DNA of 58,720 nt, filler included, from Sphacelaria rigidula (Eukaryota), in NCBI GenBank assembly GCA_964200075.2. It is 4 parts of 4 records of this genome, joined end to end, with 100 filler letters (N's around TTAATTAATTAA, not from the genome) between each part and the next. Parts side by side here need not be neighbours in the genome. Positions count along the whole stretch, not along the records: positions 1 to 14,607 come from CAXNAA020002148.1; 3 more parts are not named here. One strand, 5' to 3'. Numbering within the stretch: the stretch's first letter is position 1; each line of letters starts with the position of its first letter. This document shows positions 1-13,500 of this stretch, piece by piece. Below the pieces are notes generated by a model. The model saw nothing but the letters and a program-made list of their open reading frames with translations, made no database searches and was not told the DNA's origin. The translations under genes were made by a program, and so were the position numbers.

Positions 1-12
1 AAACTTGACGAG

Positions 13-330
13 TTATGGTTGGAGATGCAAATGCGGCACTCTTTGCTGGCCCAGCCTGTAAACATTTTTCATGGCTTCAAGCGACGAAATATGTTGATGA
101 ACGTGAGGAAACATGACCATGTATGTATACTGAAAATTCGGAAGCAACTTCTCCATGCATGTGTTGCATACATTATCGTGGTGTATCACCCAACCATTAA
201 CCGAAAACGTGAAAACAAATTTACCATATGGATTATTGGCTGCCAATGTCACCATTCCACACTCGAGTCACGCCTCATCAAAGTGACCCAACCTCATCCT
301 AATAATTTCTTCCAGGCAAGCCAAATCACG
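13..330 (-). pseudogene. Possible class I SAM-methyltransferase-like coding remnant
   Basis: One minus frame (internal TGA at 268-270) reads ...VIHHDNVC...FQYTYMVMFPHVHQHISSLEAMKNVYRLGQQRVPHLHLQ. This loosely resembles the 'F..V...HV.QH....M..V.RL' segment of class I MTases. No motif I glycine loop is seen. Confidence 0.25.
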
Positions 331-1145
331 TAAAGACACGTCTCCAGCGGAGCCCTTCGGGCGGGGCCCCCTCGCCCTCCGGGAAGGGAGGGGGGGGGAG
401 GGGGATATGGTCGCGGCTGCTGACGCAGCCAGTTTACTTGCTAATGGCACTGCGCGCCAGTACCCCACCCTACCAAAAGCAGAGTGTGTCTGTCGTGCGT
501 CAATGCTCGGGTAAGTTTTTTTCGGCTGTCGGTCATAATAATGAGTGCCGCTATGCCGTATGATATTGTACGCACAAGGCGGTGTTGTATCACACGACAC
601 ATGCTGACACTTCAGTCGCAATATATATTTATATATACAAGGTTCGCCTTCAAAAGGTTGATACTGGCATCCCGGGGGTGACGCAAGTCGAAAACATATC
701 AGTGTCTTTCCTTTGCCATATTATGGAGGCAATTTTGTCGGAGAGTATGTACCTTCCAGTAAATACTGTCATATTCCGCAGTTTCAATTGTCTCAGACCA
801 AGAGTGGAGATCACGGGAAGAGGGGTGGGCACTTCCAACATCGAGAGCTCGCTTCACGGGCGGTGTGCGCAGGTGGAAAAAGCACCATCACGCACGAGAC
901 CCGTCACAGCACACATCGCAAGTGATGCTACAGAAAAAAAGGTCACGTCCCGGTAGTACACGGCAAACTTGTGCAGGGTTCTCTACATGCCAGCCCCACG
1001 CCGCGCGCCCGGATTTCAAATCACATTTGTACACAGTATATATGTATGACACTGCTTGCTGTCTGTCTGTACGTGGTGTACCACCCCTCGCTCCGCCACA
1101 TCTAGTATAGCGATCGGTGTTGCAGCTAAGCGTGCATTTGCCCTA

Positions 1146-2639
1146 CAGGCTGGTTCACGGAAAAGACCCAAAAAACACTCTGCGGCAAAACTTCACGCCG
1201 TTTCAAGGAGTTAGACCGTGAAAAATCGCACAAGTGTTATATGGATCATTACGCAGCTTTCCAAGGTCGAAGTTTTCGTTAAATTTTCATATTTTTCACC
1301 GTTTTTCGGGGTTCCCAGTTTCTTTGGGGAAACATGGATCCAGTCGGACCCCCGTAGAACGGTAGAAACGAAGAATCGGAAATCCTCGTTCATCCGAAGT
1401 TGCGTCATTACCCATGGAGCACCTGTGCAGAATCTCAGGGTCTAACTCCTTGAAACGGCGTGAGGTCTTTCGCGTATGTGCGATGAACCTTGCCGTGCCA
1501 CAGTGAAACCGCAAACTACTAGAATTGAGTAAAAAAACAGCGTTTTTTTTACCTTCTTCGACGTGAACACAGAAATTCAAGCATCAGTTTATCGAGTTCG
1601 GCCACGAAACTTTGTGGGGCTCTTCCTTGGATTTTGCGGTGACAGGGTATTTGCGAAAAAAGTGGAAAACATATCGCAGTGCCGGTTTTTCGGGGTCCCA
1701 GAATAGGCTCCTCCGTAAAAACGACTTGGAATCCGTCGGACCCCCGAAAAACGGTGAAAAATTCAAGAATTGATGAAACCTCGTTGATCGAAACTTGCGT
1801 AGTGATTCATAGTACATTTGTGCAAAGTTTCAGGTTCGCGCGTTTGTGCGAGGATGTGAGCTTGAAACGTACAAACTCCCGACTACTTGGTTTGAGTATG
1901 GAAACGTCGTTCCGGGTGAATTTCACGTCAAGGCAAGAAAAACTGTATGAGATTTTCGATTTTCTTCACCAAACTGTAAATATGTTCCTTGGACTATTCC
2001 GGGACGCATCATGTTATTATTATTATTTTTTATTCATTCTGTACCGCCTTCCGGGGGTCTCTGTACTGGGACCCCCGGAAGCCAGTAGAGAACGGGGAAA
2101 ATTTGAAATCTTGCCAAGAACACAACTTTTCCATTTGGAGCATCCATACCTACGGAACTGCCAAGTTTGAGGATGATCTGGGTTTCTTTACAACAGAAAT
2201 AAGGGAAATCGTTACGAGGCGCCCTGAGTCTTTCCTACGAATCATGAATGGAAAGTGGACGACGCCAAACACCACATCATCGAAACATTACGGTTTCGGG
2301 TATAATTCGACTCCGTTGGAACGGTTTTCAAATATGCTTCTCCCGTTAGATTCCTGAGGTGATGACGATCACTACGATTTGAAACATGTGGAGATTCGGT
2401 GGAAATTGGGCTTGGAATTCGTATTTTCAATTTCAGAACAATTTGAAAGGCGCTGATTGGTCGAGACAAATTTTTGTCCATAACGCCACCGCTATAGCCT
2501 TGAACAAAAATCCGGCTTTGTTACCCTCTTCGCCTGTTCATTGCAGTCAGTATGATACCATGTATGCGATTATTGGGTGCCTATTGCAGAAGACATTTGC
2601 TGATGACAGAATTTTGGGTCTTTTGCGTGAACCAGCCTG
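1146..2639. mobile_element. Non-autonomous Tc1/mariner-type TIR element (about 1.5 kb) with internal nested repeats
   Basis: 28-bp TIRs CAGGCTGGTTCACG(G/C)AAAAGACCCAAAA with 1 mismatch, flanked by TA at 1144-1145 and 2640-2641. No transposase ORF. Confidence 0.85.
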
Positions 2640-2641
2640 TA

Positions 2642-2774
2642 GGAGGCGCATGCAGGAGTAATATACCGCCTATGCCGCTTCAATTCCTGCCTGTATCTTA
2701 AGCGGAGCTGTATGGAAACACAGCCGCTTTGGCGCGCGAGCCGGCTGCAGCAATTCATACCGCGTGCAGACTCC
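2642..2774. mobile_element. Possible small TA-flanked MITE abutting the previous element
   Basis: Imperfect terminal IR (GGAGGCGCATGC / GCGTGCAGACTCC) with TA on both sides (2640-2641, 2775-2776). Confidence 0.35.
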
Positions 2775-5204
2775 TACACTGTCTTGAAGTCATACTGCGC
2801 GCAGTTCCCACTACGAGTATTGCGCATGTCGCAGTGGGCAATAGCTTCCATAGTGCTGGGCACAGTACATCCGTTTGAATTGTATAATAACAGTAGAAAG
2901 CTGTTGTCCAGGGTGTAATATATTTCCACAATCATCAGGCGGTGAGATCGTGAAATAATCCACAGCGCATGGCCGAAGTGGAAGTGAGGCAATCGCCGAA
3001 ATTTTCACGTGCAAAGCCTGCGCGGCTGTACTTCAAGTTCATAACGCTAGAATAACACCAGTGCAACGGCCCTTCTGGCTGCTGGCCTGTTTGCACGGCC
3101 ATCCCGGTAGTGATGGGACTGTCTGCACCGGGATGTCGCCCCCAGTGCCAGGTACGCCGGCAAGGGTCCGCGGCACTACCTACTAGTCGCGCGACAGGAG
3201 CTCAACCTTCGACTGTCGAGATTTTTTCAAGCGGAAATGTTCGGCTCCCAACCCTCACGTATATAGCGGACCATAAAGGATGCTCGTTTGCTGGGTTTCC
3301 ACGAGCTTTCATCCATAACTGGGGAAAGATTGATGATGAGGCCGGTAGGATCCGTCGCAGCCTGCGTGCTCAACTGTCACTGTACCCGCTATAGCCGTCA
3401 TCAGACAGCAGGGTGTTGAAAAAGAAAATCCCACCCACCGTGGGTATCCACCGTATCGATGCAGACCGGGCCATCAGCGACTTCCCCTGCTGCGGCTGTG
3501 ACTGTGACGCCTTCCTCTGATACCAATCTTCACATTCTCCAGTATCTTCAACATGCTTTTGTGGATTGCTGGGTTCGCATAACTGGAACCCACATTACGC
3601 AGATATGACAGTGGTAAAGGGTTCACGTCAAAACTAAATAACAGGGGATCTCAGATCATTCGACTTGTGTTTGCTGCTGACTGAGGCCAAGGCAATGTTC
3701 AACTGTTTTCAACTGTTTTGTCTTCATTTTCTCGTGACATTCGCTGCATAACCGCTGTCTTCATGCTCCCAAATCAACGAACACGCAGATGAAATCACCG
3801 TGAAAAAGTGCCCCGCCATGAACAGACTTTTGTGGTTCGGGTTCCTGTTTGAACTTTTCCACGATCTTGAAAGCGCTTTTGTGGTTCGGGATCGGCGCCC
3901 CGCGAAAAAGAGTTAGTTTGGGTGACTTTCGGTGGCCAGAACACGCGCCACAGGTATCAGATGACACCCAAACCTGAACGGTAATGTACCGCTGCGCCTT
4001 CTTCGTGCGCTGCAATAGAAAACGCGGGATAAAATGCCTTGCTGCCAGAGAAAACTCGGCGAAAGTGGTGAAAAATGTTTTCCCCTTTTCATATCGCGGC
4101 AGTGTGCCGTAATCGAATGCATTTCTCTCGACCGCACAGTTATGCCCGTGGATGGGGCCCGACTTTGGGCACTAAATACAGGGAAAATGGACTGCCCCAC
4201 TACACAGTCAATTGAATGCAGAAGAAATGACACCTGAATGAGCCAATCAGTATCACTCACAAGTACGCGCGTCACTCGAAATGACGACCGCGCTCATATA
4301 CACAATGTACTGTTGCTATACTCGTGCGACTTTCTACAACAACCCTGTGACTGACGTTGCTGTGCACCTGTGCACAGGGTTACAACAAGAGGATAGAAGC
4401 TGCTATTCGTGTTGTTGGTTGTGCCCCTCTTTCAACGCAAATTTCTCGGCAACGAAGAAGAGGATTGGACTGCGGTTTGATGCGTGCGCTCCCCACACAC
4501 GAGAACTATTCAGTGTCGCAACGGATCTCCGTAACGCGCCCGCAGCACTTTGCAAAGTGCCAAATCGTACTAACAAGCGCGTTTTTTCAACGTTATGGGG
4601 CTTGTCGGACCAGTCAATGACGTCTTCAATATCCCTCCGCGTTCATTTTATTTTTCGTTGACAACGGACTTTTGGTCGGTAAGGCCTTTACTCACGGACA
4701 TTACAGTATTTGGGCGTGGCGTATGTCTCACCTGCATTGAAGGGTCTTCCTCCAGGGCTTGCGCGATGCTCACCATCTGGGCACAAAACGAATTCCGTCT
4801 GTCGATTGGGGTGTAGAGCTTTTGGCACAACCGTGGTTCCGAAAATCACAACAGGGAGGGACAAGGGATGGAATTCGGAATGGGGGCGAGTAAAGAGTTG
4901 ATCACGGAACATGGATGAACCCTCTGACCGTCCACGTTTTCTGTTTTGAGAATTTACCCGTCAACAGTCCCGCGAGATTATCGAGAATGCATTTTGAAGG
5001 CAGAGATGAAGGCTGAAAAGACGCGCGGCAGTTAGCAGGAGTGATTCAAAACAAACACATCGAGGAGGGAGGTAGGGTGTGCGTTTTTTTTCTTCTCTCC
5101 TATTCATGCATCATTTTTACTTTGCGTACTGACAACAGCTTCGTACGTTTATGACCACATGTACACCGCTGAAGCGATCACCACTATTGTACACTGTTTC
5201 ACTG

Positions 5205-5320
5205 TACTGATTGGTTGGTTGAATGATTGATTTGATTGGTTGATTGATTATCGCACTTCAACAAACCCTCCAGGGATCATGATCCAGCCGTGGTCACATG
5301 ATAGACGTACCCAAGACAAA
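5205..5320 (-). mobile_element. Non-LTR retroelement 3' end with (CAAT)n-type tail
   Basis: Minus strand reads GTGACCACGGCTGG...GTGCGATAATCAATCAACCAATC. The same motif recurs near 13425, 19935 and 25220. Confidence 0.6.
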
Positions 5321-5951
5321 ACAAGACTGAAACACTCGCTGAAGAAAAAAGAAGGAACAAAAAAAGTCGAGCAGAACGACATAGTAGACTACGACGTAAA
5401 CAACAAATGTACTGCAACGGTAAAAATAGAAACCTTCGAATTCGAACAACCACCACAAACCACTCCCCTGCCGAGACACAACCAAGAGCCAAACTGTCCG
5501 ACTTACAAACACCGCCAGCTGGGAGATCGCGTGCACGGAGAGTACATGACGACAGCAAGACGCAGCAATGGCAGAGGCTGTCACTCCTACTCACCCCCTC
5601 TAGCCAAAGCCAGCAGCAGCGTGATCGTGGACACGAGCTGCCAGCAACTATTGCACACCAACTGGTGCGGACATGGATATTCCGCTGGCATTTATCTCCG
5701 CATCTATACCGTACTGTACTGCATTGCTCTGCACTGTACACTTGTAGTTGACGATCAACCCCCAAGACATGCCGTTGCTACCCTGACCTCCAGTCGGGAG
5801 TCAGTCATGCATGTCGATGACAGGGCTAGATTTAGATTGTGCGGGGCTGCGCTGTGCTTGACCACGACTGTAACGTATTGTGTTCCTACAGCATTGCCTG
5901 TGACCGGTGAGATGCTGTCTGCATGGACTCGACACTTCTGAGACTCTTTGA

Positions 5952-7730
5952 GCGCACGTGGTTGATTTTGATCATGTGTGTCATTCTCCACAGCAGTGTT
6001 GAATATCGAACGGAAAAAAAAGTTCGATACGATAGTTTAACGTATCGATCTCAAGACGTCGATATCGATTTTTTTCGATACGCGGAAAATGCGCCGATAC
6101 GTATCGATACTCGATACTGATACTCGATATGATACGATACGGCTGTTTTGGTGGGGTCACAGCTTGCAAGACTTCACGGTACTACACTGACACCAACAAC
6201 CTAACCCGGAGTGCACGCCTGATTGTATGAAGGTACAGCAGCCCCAGTGTGTGATCTGTGATTTGTTATCTGACATCATTGAAGTGGCGGGACAACACGC
6301 GGCGTGATGCTTCGGTTCGACAAAAATGGTTGATCGTGCAAGGGGCAAGTCGCAAAAGAGGCAGTTGATCACAACTCGAGGTGTGATGCACGATGAATAG
6401 TGTGTTGTTCAAGTCGGTGATATACCAAGGTATATTCCGCGGGCACTATTCGGTCATGTTTCTAACCCTGGCTCTGCGCACTGCGAACTGCGAACTCCGA
6501 ACTCACTCCTTAGTCAATAACCGCGCCAAACGTCGAAACTGGACGAAAAATGATTAATGCAAATGCGCGCTCGCTTTTTCTTTTTTCCATTCCAAACAAG
6601 GGATAAGTCAGCAGCAGGACCATTTCTTCTATTGCCGGCTACACCACGAAGTATACTCTCCAGACACCTAAACGTCAAAGCAATAGAACTCCAAAGCTTG
6701 TAGAAAAAAACTAGAAATGATGAGAGCCGATTTCCTGTCGATCGAACGTCTCCATTTCCCGCACTTTAACACGTGAGCTTGCAGGGACGAGTTGTACGGG
6801 AAGTCTTAAGGATCCGCTACCTTCGCGGGTAACTCTGCTTGCCCGCTCTCTCCACTCTTGGTAGAGGGCACTGGGGCGGCCACTGGTGCAGCAGTCGCCG
6901 CCGTAGCAGACACAGATACAGACGGTTCGGCAGAAACGTCGACCGCAGACTCTGCGCTACCGCCCTTTACAAAGCCAAAAGTCTGAAGGCGGCTGATGTT
7001 GCAGATCGGTGTGGTTTGCAGCAAGTGGCTGTGTGGTGTGTGGTGTGTGTGGTGAATGGAGTTTGGTGGGTGGTGGGCAGTGGGGTGATGGGCGGTGGGA
7101 CGATGTCCTGTCTACCCCCCCCTCCCCCCCCAGTAAAATAAATAAATAAATATATCGACCATATCAATATCCGATATTGATATCGATATTGATACGTATC
7201 GACGAATATCGGATTGAGAAGCGGCGATACCGACACGCCGTATCGACCAATATTATCGAAATCGAATCGAGTATCGATATCCGATTTTCAACACTGCTCC
7301 ACAATAACGACCACCCAGAAAAAGTCCCGGCAAGACATGCACTAGAAAAATGCCATGTACTGTACTATATATATATATATACACAATACCAAACGACAAG
7401 CGATTCACGCATGAAGGATAAGCATAGCGGACAGACACTGCAAGAACTCTACAACGAATACGAACCTAAAACGAAGCATGACATTTTCCGACGGAGTGGG
7501 CGCACGTGGTTGATTTTGATCATGTGCGTCATTCTCCACAGTAACGACCACCAAGAAAAAGTCCCGGTAAGACCTGCACTAGAAAAATGCCATGTACTGT
7601 ACTATATATAGTACACAATACAAAACGACAAGCGATTCACGCATGGAGGATAAGCGTAGCGGACAGGCACAGCAAGACCTCTATAACGAATACGAACATA
7701 AAACAAAGAAGGACATTTTCCGACGAAGTG
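5952..7730 (+). repeat. Tandem duplication of a roughly 230-bp unit; copy 1 (5952-5993 plus 7305-about 7495) is interrupted by a hAT element, copy 2 (about 7499-7730) is intact
   Basis: Near-identical GCACGTGGTTGATTTTGATCATGTG...CTCCACAG...ACGACCACC...GACATTTTCCGACG in both copies. Confidence 0.85.
5994..7296. mobile_element. Non-autonomous hAT-type element (1.3 kb)
   Basis: TIRs CAGTGTTGAA(T/A)ATCG. 8-bp TSD CTCCACAG/CTCCACAA. Dense subterminal ATCGAT/CGATAC repeats at both ends. The empty site is visible in the adjacent duplicate. Confidence 0.9.
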
Positions 7731-8514
7731 AAGGACGAGAAAATTCCTCTGTTGTTCACGAATTTGGGCGTTAAAGCGCCGCAGACGCCCCACCTTTGAA
7801 AACAGTATGCTCTACTTGATCAACACGTATTCCAAGGAAAAGTCTTGCTCTGATTGCACCACATATCTTTTCATGGCCGATTCAACCGTTTTTCGCGATA
7901 AATAATGTCCCACATGGGGTAAATAAATATCGTTGTATCACGAGTACGCCGTGAGTCTCTTGTCGTGACCCGTCAGTCACGGATATCACGAATTGTCGCA
8001 ACGTCACAAGTTCTGCGCTTTTTGCTTCCGAGAGGATCGATAGCGTCAACCCCGGAACGACAGTAGTACCGTAGCCATCACGATGCTTTGGATTACGGTG
8101 GATAGCACCACCCCTGTGCTGAAAAATTGAGCCCGGGTTCCCTCGATGCCGATAGCGCCAGAGGCGCCGAAAGTTGTGTCGTTGGAGGAAGACTTGACTT
8201 GGCGCGATTTGTCTGTACACGGGGGCCTTTGGGCGGAATAGGACTTTGCTTGTGTCGAAAAAGTCGAGGTTGGGCAAGGTACGAGTAGCACTTACTGTAG
8301 GCGTGTTATCCTCCGCAAGCTGTAAAGTTCTCGTGCATTGCCGGAACGGGCACTACGGATCGCACTATCTGAAACAGCCAAGAGAGGCATCACTTGTAGC
8401 GGCTGATGCGAGTCCTTTTGTGTACCTCAACAAGATTACAAAAACAATTCCTTCAGGAGTCGTATCAATTTCCCCCACATTGTACTGTCCACATAAAGCT
8501 CACAAACAGCGAGG

Positions 8515-8826
8515 ATGTCTTTCTACGATAGCCCCCCCCTAAAATCCAGCCCAAAACTGTCACAAATAAAATGGTCATACAGCCCCTGATTTTGGTTTCA
8601 GGCTGCATGAAGCGCCTACCATGGGCAACATTGGCGAGAACGAAGCCATGCGTGGAAATTCACCGCTGCTTGTTGTGCTCGGCTCCTTCATTTCGATTTA
8701 CGTGTAGATTTTGCTTCTGCAAACCAGCCACTTCATAGGGGGGGGCGTACTCATTCGTTGCTTGCCTCAGTCGTTTGACCATTGACCACGCATCCCTTTC
8801 GAGACGGGGCTATCGTAGAAAATGTC
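8515..8826 (-). mobile_element. MITE, same family as 54555-54793 (4-bp TSD)
   Basis: TIR core TTTCTACGATAGCCCC / GGGGCTATCGTAGAAA, with GAGG on both flanks. The internal sequence aligns in reverse with 54600-54790. Confidence 0.8.
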
Positions 8827-9396
8827 GAGGGCGACCAATACAGTACCAGGATTACATGGGTACCCACTGCAAGGTATTGGTAAAATTAAGCTTTCGTTGA
8901 TGCTACACAACAGTCATCGGGCGTTGCCGTAGGGTAGGTGGCAGGGCACGACCCCCTTGGCGATAATTCTTCTGACCGCATTTTTTTCGACAAAGACCCT
9001 GTACCCCGGACAGTTCTCGCTCGTCAAAACGTCCCGAATTATTTTCCACGGCGCAACGCCCGGCGATGCGGCCCACAGCAGAATTTTTTTCAGGATCAAG
9101 ATTGTCAAATAAATCATCACCAACAACAGTTGCGCTTCATTGGTTTTGGCGGAGCTGCAGCAACGCTAGGTACACGCTCACCAGCACTTGCTTTTCGACT
9201 GCGCGCCTGTTTTAATGTATGTGCGCGTCAGCCCCGTTGCACAACAATCGCGTAGTCCTCGGGCAGGTGTATAGGCGCGGCACCAGATATCAAGATAGAG
9301 CCGTAATAAAACGGTTCGTCCGAGAAGTTTGCGCATATAGGGACAAAAACACACGCGTTCAGGTGGGGAAAAAACGAGGTAACAGCCTCATGTGGC

Positions 9397-12300
9397 TCAT
9401 CCTCTCACCTCCTCCTCCAGCGGCGAATCCAGCGTTTGCCCCAACCCATCCAACAGCCGACTCAGCGACAGCACAGTAGACTGCGATGGCTGCTTCATCC
9501 AACCCGAACCATCCCCTCCGCTCATTCCCCTCGACGCCATCAGCCCCCCTTCCTGCCCCGCAGCACAAGCAAGCATGGGTGGCATGCCTCCAAAAGCGCT
9601 CGGGTTGTGTACAACATCTCTACCGCTCCCCCTTATCTGCTGCGGATCCGATGGCGATAACGACTCGAACCCGCGCGATGTCGGTAATTGCATGCAGTGC
9701 GATTCGCTAGCGCCAACCCCTAACCCCACGCCGCTCCCTCCTCCCCCTCCACCCCTTGCGTATGGCTCCGCCATACTGCTGCTAGGCACGGAAGGAGACT
9801 GACGCTTACCCCCAAACATTTTAGACAAAGTGCTACGTCCGGCTCGCGCCCGGCTAGCCTCCCCTCCTAAACCTCCACCGCCAGCGCCTCCACCGCCGCC
9901 CATGCCCATCCCGCCATCCGCCGGCCCTGGACCAAACCCAACCGCACCTCGGTTGGCAGCCTGCTGGTGCTGTTGCGGAACATGTTGCTGTGGAATATGA
10001 CTTCCACCCGCGCCCATCATGTGGTTGTTCGGGGCCATCGTGTTCCCACGGTTATCGTGGAGGGGGACGCCGCACCCGGACCCGCCAATATGCGCCTGCG
10101 CCACCCGCAGGTGGTGAGCAGCGGCGGCAGCGACGGCAGCGGCATGGCCGCTGTTTGCTACGTCTTGGCCGTCCGCTTTAATCTGCGCGCGAGCAGCCGC
10201 TAGTGCGGCCGCCGATATATGCATCTCTCCCAACCGCATGTGCGTCGCCATTTCGGAAGCCTTTTCGCAAATTTCAGGAGCAGGGTTGGGGGGTGGACAA
10301 AAGGACCCCGAAAGAGGATCGGTTGCATTCAAGAGGTCCGAGGGGGGGGGGGGGGGGGGGGGAAACATGTCTGGACATTAAAGGTTTTGAATTGAAGTAT
10401 TGAAGAGAGTCTTTCAACAGGACGTTTCATCACTTCGCATCATGACATATATTGGCTGAGCGGTCGAGGTTTCGTCCGTGCAGGGAGTCCATGGAGGGGT
10501 ACTGAGGATATCGCGGCACATCCGATGCGGCCAGCCTCATTTCAGACCCGTGACCTGGCAATTCACGTATGTTGACATCCATCAACAAAAGCTTCATGGG
10601 AGACCGTGCACGAGACCGTGACAGCACACCACTCAAATGAGTTGGACGTAGCACACAAATCCATGGTCCATAGCCCACATTACTTTTCGCACTACCCCGC
10701 CACCCATGAGTCCAAAGCCATAACTCCCCAGTATATCACGTGGCCTATTGGACATGCACCCCCTACAGTCAGGCAGGCAGTGCAAGCAATCGAAACACAC
10801 AGACGCACCCCCACGTCCTTCTCCCAGTGACCCCTAGGCTGCACCATCAGTTCCGGCTCGGAGTCGCTGCCGTCGTCTTGATTCATGAAACGCGGCCCGC
10901 TCCCATATATCTTTCGGCTGTAGTGTGAGGGGCACGGCGGCACAACTCCTCGTTTGACCTGGTAGAGTTACCCAGGTCGGTCGGGAAGGGCAGGGGGAGA
11001 AAGGGTGCAGCAGGGTTCAAAATAAAATAAAAGGTATACGGTAAGTATAGTGTCTGCTTCTGGACAGTATATCCTTTCGTATTACTGCCAAATTCAAGAT
11101 AACTTGGAGGTTTCAATTTCATCATTTCCCAAACTCAGTTCGCCAGCAGAAAAAACTTGTTCAGAGAGTTGATCATGACCGATTTCATCGCGATTTTCCT
11201 CAAAGTTCCTCTCTCCATTTCCCTAGCATACTTTCATCCCTTCCCCCTCTCGGGACGAGTCCGTCGTTTGACGAAATTAACCAAACTCATATCTCCTCCT
11301 CGACTATGGCACGCAAGATCATGAGTACACTCCCACCCGCCCGCCCGCGATACATGCATAATAATTCGCCATCACGGATTTGTGCCTACTCTTGTCGAAT
11401 CTTCTTCGCTACTCGCATCCTCACGGGTCCAACCACGGAAAAACAGATCCTGATCCAAGATATCAAACCCTTCTGTCGGGCTTCGAACCCACAACCCTCC
11501 GCCTCAAGTTACCATTGGTGTGCCGTTTTCATTTTGATCACCGGGGCGTGTCAGCAAACAGCACTCGAGCACTAACTCAAGTTGAGTCTCGACTGAAAAG
11601 GAGGGTTCCACTTACGCTGTTACCCTACTATAGGTTGTGTCACAGACATCACCCCCTACTCTCCTGGAGAGGATGCCCAATCGCTCTTTGCCGTACAGTG
11701 TCAATGCCCAACGCCTGGTATATTCGATATTTCAACCTTACTCCCATGTAACTGCGAGAACGTACCTCCGTCAGCTTCTCTGGATGGTCTCTGAGGAAGG
11801 AGGGATGCATATAGCACCCCGATTCACGCCCCTTCACCACTTTCCGAAACCCGTATAGATTTAACTGCCGCTGAAAGCTGCTGAACTTGTTGTCTGGAAC
11901 AGGGAAAAACCCATTTTGAGAGGATCAAAATGGTTTAGAAGGAGGCAAACGAAACAGTAGGAAACTGGTGAAAAGGGTGGACAACAAAGGCACCGACCGA
12001 TAGCAGGAAAGCACAGACTACCAACAACCCCAGCTATGCAACAGACGGCCGGCCGGAAGCACCACGGCACTTAAAGGATGCACGCACCATAGGCGTCGAC
12101 AGCACAAAAACGAATAACGCTTTGATAAAAAAAAACGAGAAGCGGTCACTTCGACAACCGAAGCAATTTAATCATGACGATTTGGCCCTGCAGGATATCA
12201 CGACAAGAACTCTACCGAATCTCCCACGCGCTGTGCCTAAAAATTGTGCCTTCCCCTGCCCTCACACCTCTCTCGGGAGTAACCCCCTATAACGCAAGCG

Positions 12301-12459
12301 GCCACGACCAAGCCCCCTCCCCTCCCCCGCTCCCCCTCCAAAAAAAAAAGACTCACGTTTGAAGTAGCAAGTGAGCACATCCTGACGAAATGACTGCATA
12401 TCCCGTATTCCGAACGCTGTGCCCGTACTAGTCCACATCACTACTGTAGATGATTCTTT
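9397..12459 (-). CDS. HSF-type DNA-binding-domain transcription factor, 5'-partial and multi-exon (exons 12459-12357, 11893-11766, 10958-10809, about 10260-9397)
   Basis: Phase-compatible GT-AG exons give KESSTVVMWTSTGTAFGIRDMQSFRQDVLTCYFKH-NKFSSFQRQLNLYGFRKVVKGRESGCYMHPSFLRDHPEKLTE-VKR, the canonical HSF signature. A long A/G/Q-rich low-complexity exon follows. The first exon was not found and the 3' structure is uncertain. Confidence 0.9.
11400..11560 (-). mobile_element. tRNA-derived SINE-like fragment in an HSF intron
   Basis: Minus strand has a B-box/T-arm-like GTGGGTTCGAAGCCC preceded by GCCCCGGTGATC. No full cloverleaf. Confidence 0.35.
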
Positions 12460-13419
12460 CTGTAGAGCGCAGGACACGAGCACAGGCACAGGCAGCAGCG
12501 AAACGCAAACACAAGGCCAAAACAGCGCGGGCGAGAGAGGGGACGGAGAGGGGCGGAGGGCGGACGGGAAAGGCAACAGACCGATTATATAAACACTGTC
12601 TCGAAAATATGTCCGGCGCCCAATCCGATAACTTTGCGTGGGAGTGTTTGTTCTATTTCTTCACCGCGGTGGTCAGGTTAGGATTCGAACGCGGAGACTT
12701 GTGACCGCCAGGCAATCAGAGTGGTCTCACCGGCGTCGCCGATGTGAACAGGTGGCGGGTCCTCGAGAAGCATTTCGACCGTTTCTCTCTTCTACACAGT
12801 AACTTCGACAGCCATTTTCAACGCCTTACTGGATTGCCAGAGGTATCTCAAACTCGAGTTTCCGATTACATTTCCCCGTAATTTACAGCCAAATATATCC
12901 GAAACTTCGAATTTGAGATGACTATACTAAAGTCTTTCATCATGTGGTCGCGTAATGTAAACGTCCACCCGCCGAAGTGTGGTGTTCAGTGAGACAAAAA
13001 TTCGAAGGTATCTGAAGCTTGTCGGGCACGGCGATGGAGGCGATCACGTCGTAGAACGAAGCGACTTCTCGAGCTCACCAGAGGCGCGTAACTTGGAGCC
13101 TTTGCACACACTTACGGCGTGTCCGAAATGCGTGAGTGCCCGTCATTTCAAGTCCTTTCCCCGCAGTATCCGATGCCGACCCATTGCTCCCTCATGTGTT
13201 CCCATTTACTGAAATATGTTTCATGCGGGCACTTCGGCAGGCAACAAACAATCAGCTACGTAATGCGATATAATTATCTTGTTTGTGTTGTTTGTGTGTT
13301 TGTGTTTTTTGTTGCTGTTGTTGTTTTTGTCGCTGCTTCTTTTCTCCCTCCTTTTCTGTGGCTGCTGCCCCTATATTCTTCTAATTATTTCCTTCTTTCT
13401 AATTATGTTATACTGTTTT

Positions 13420-13500
13420 CTGCTGCTCCTGACCACGGGCTGGATTGTTTCCATTAATTAGCTAATGGGAGATATCCAATCAATCGAATCAACCAATCCC
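13420..13500 (+). mobile_element. Non-LTR retroelement 3' end with (CAAT)n tail
   Basis: TGACCACGGGCTGG...CCAATCAATCGAATCAACCAATC, same family as 5205-5320. Confidence 0.55.

Noticed and set aside
3515-3525. tRNA-Met PBS (TGGTATCAGAG on the minus strand)
   Set aside because: Not preceded by an LTR-ending CA and no gag downstream.
7880-9260. Additional HSF exons or a retroelement remnant
   Set aside because: No recognisable motif or convincing phase-compatible exon.
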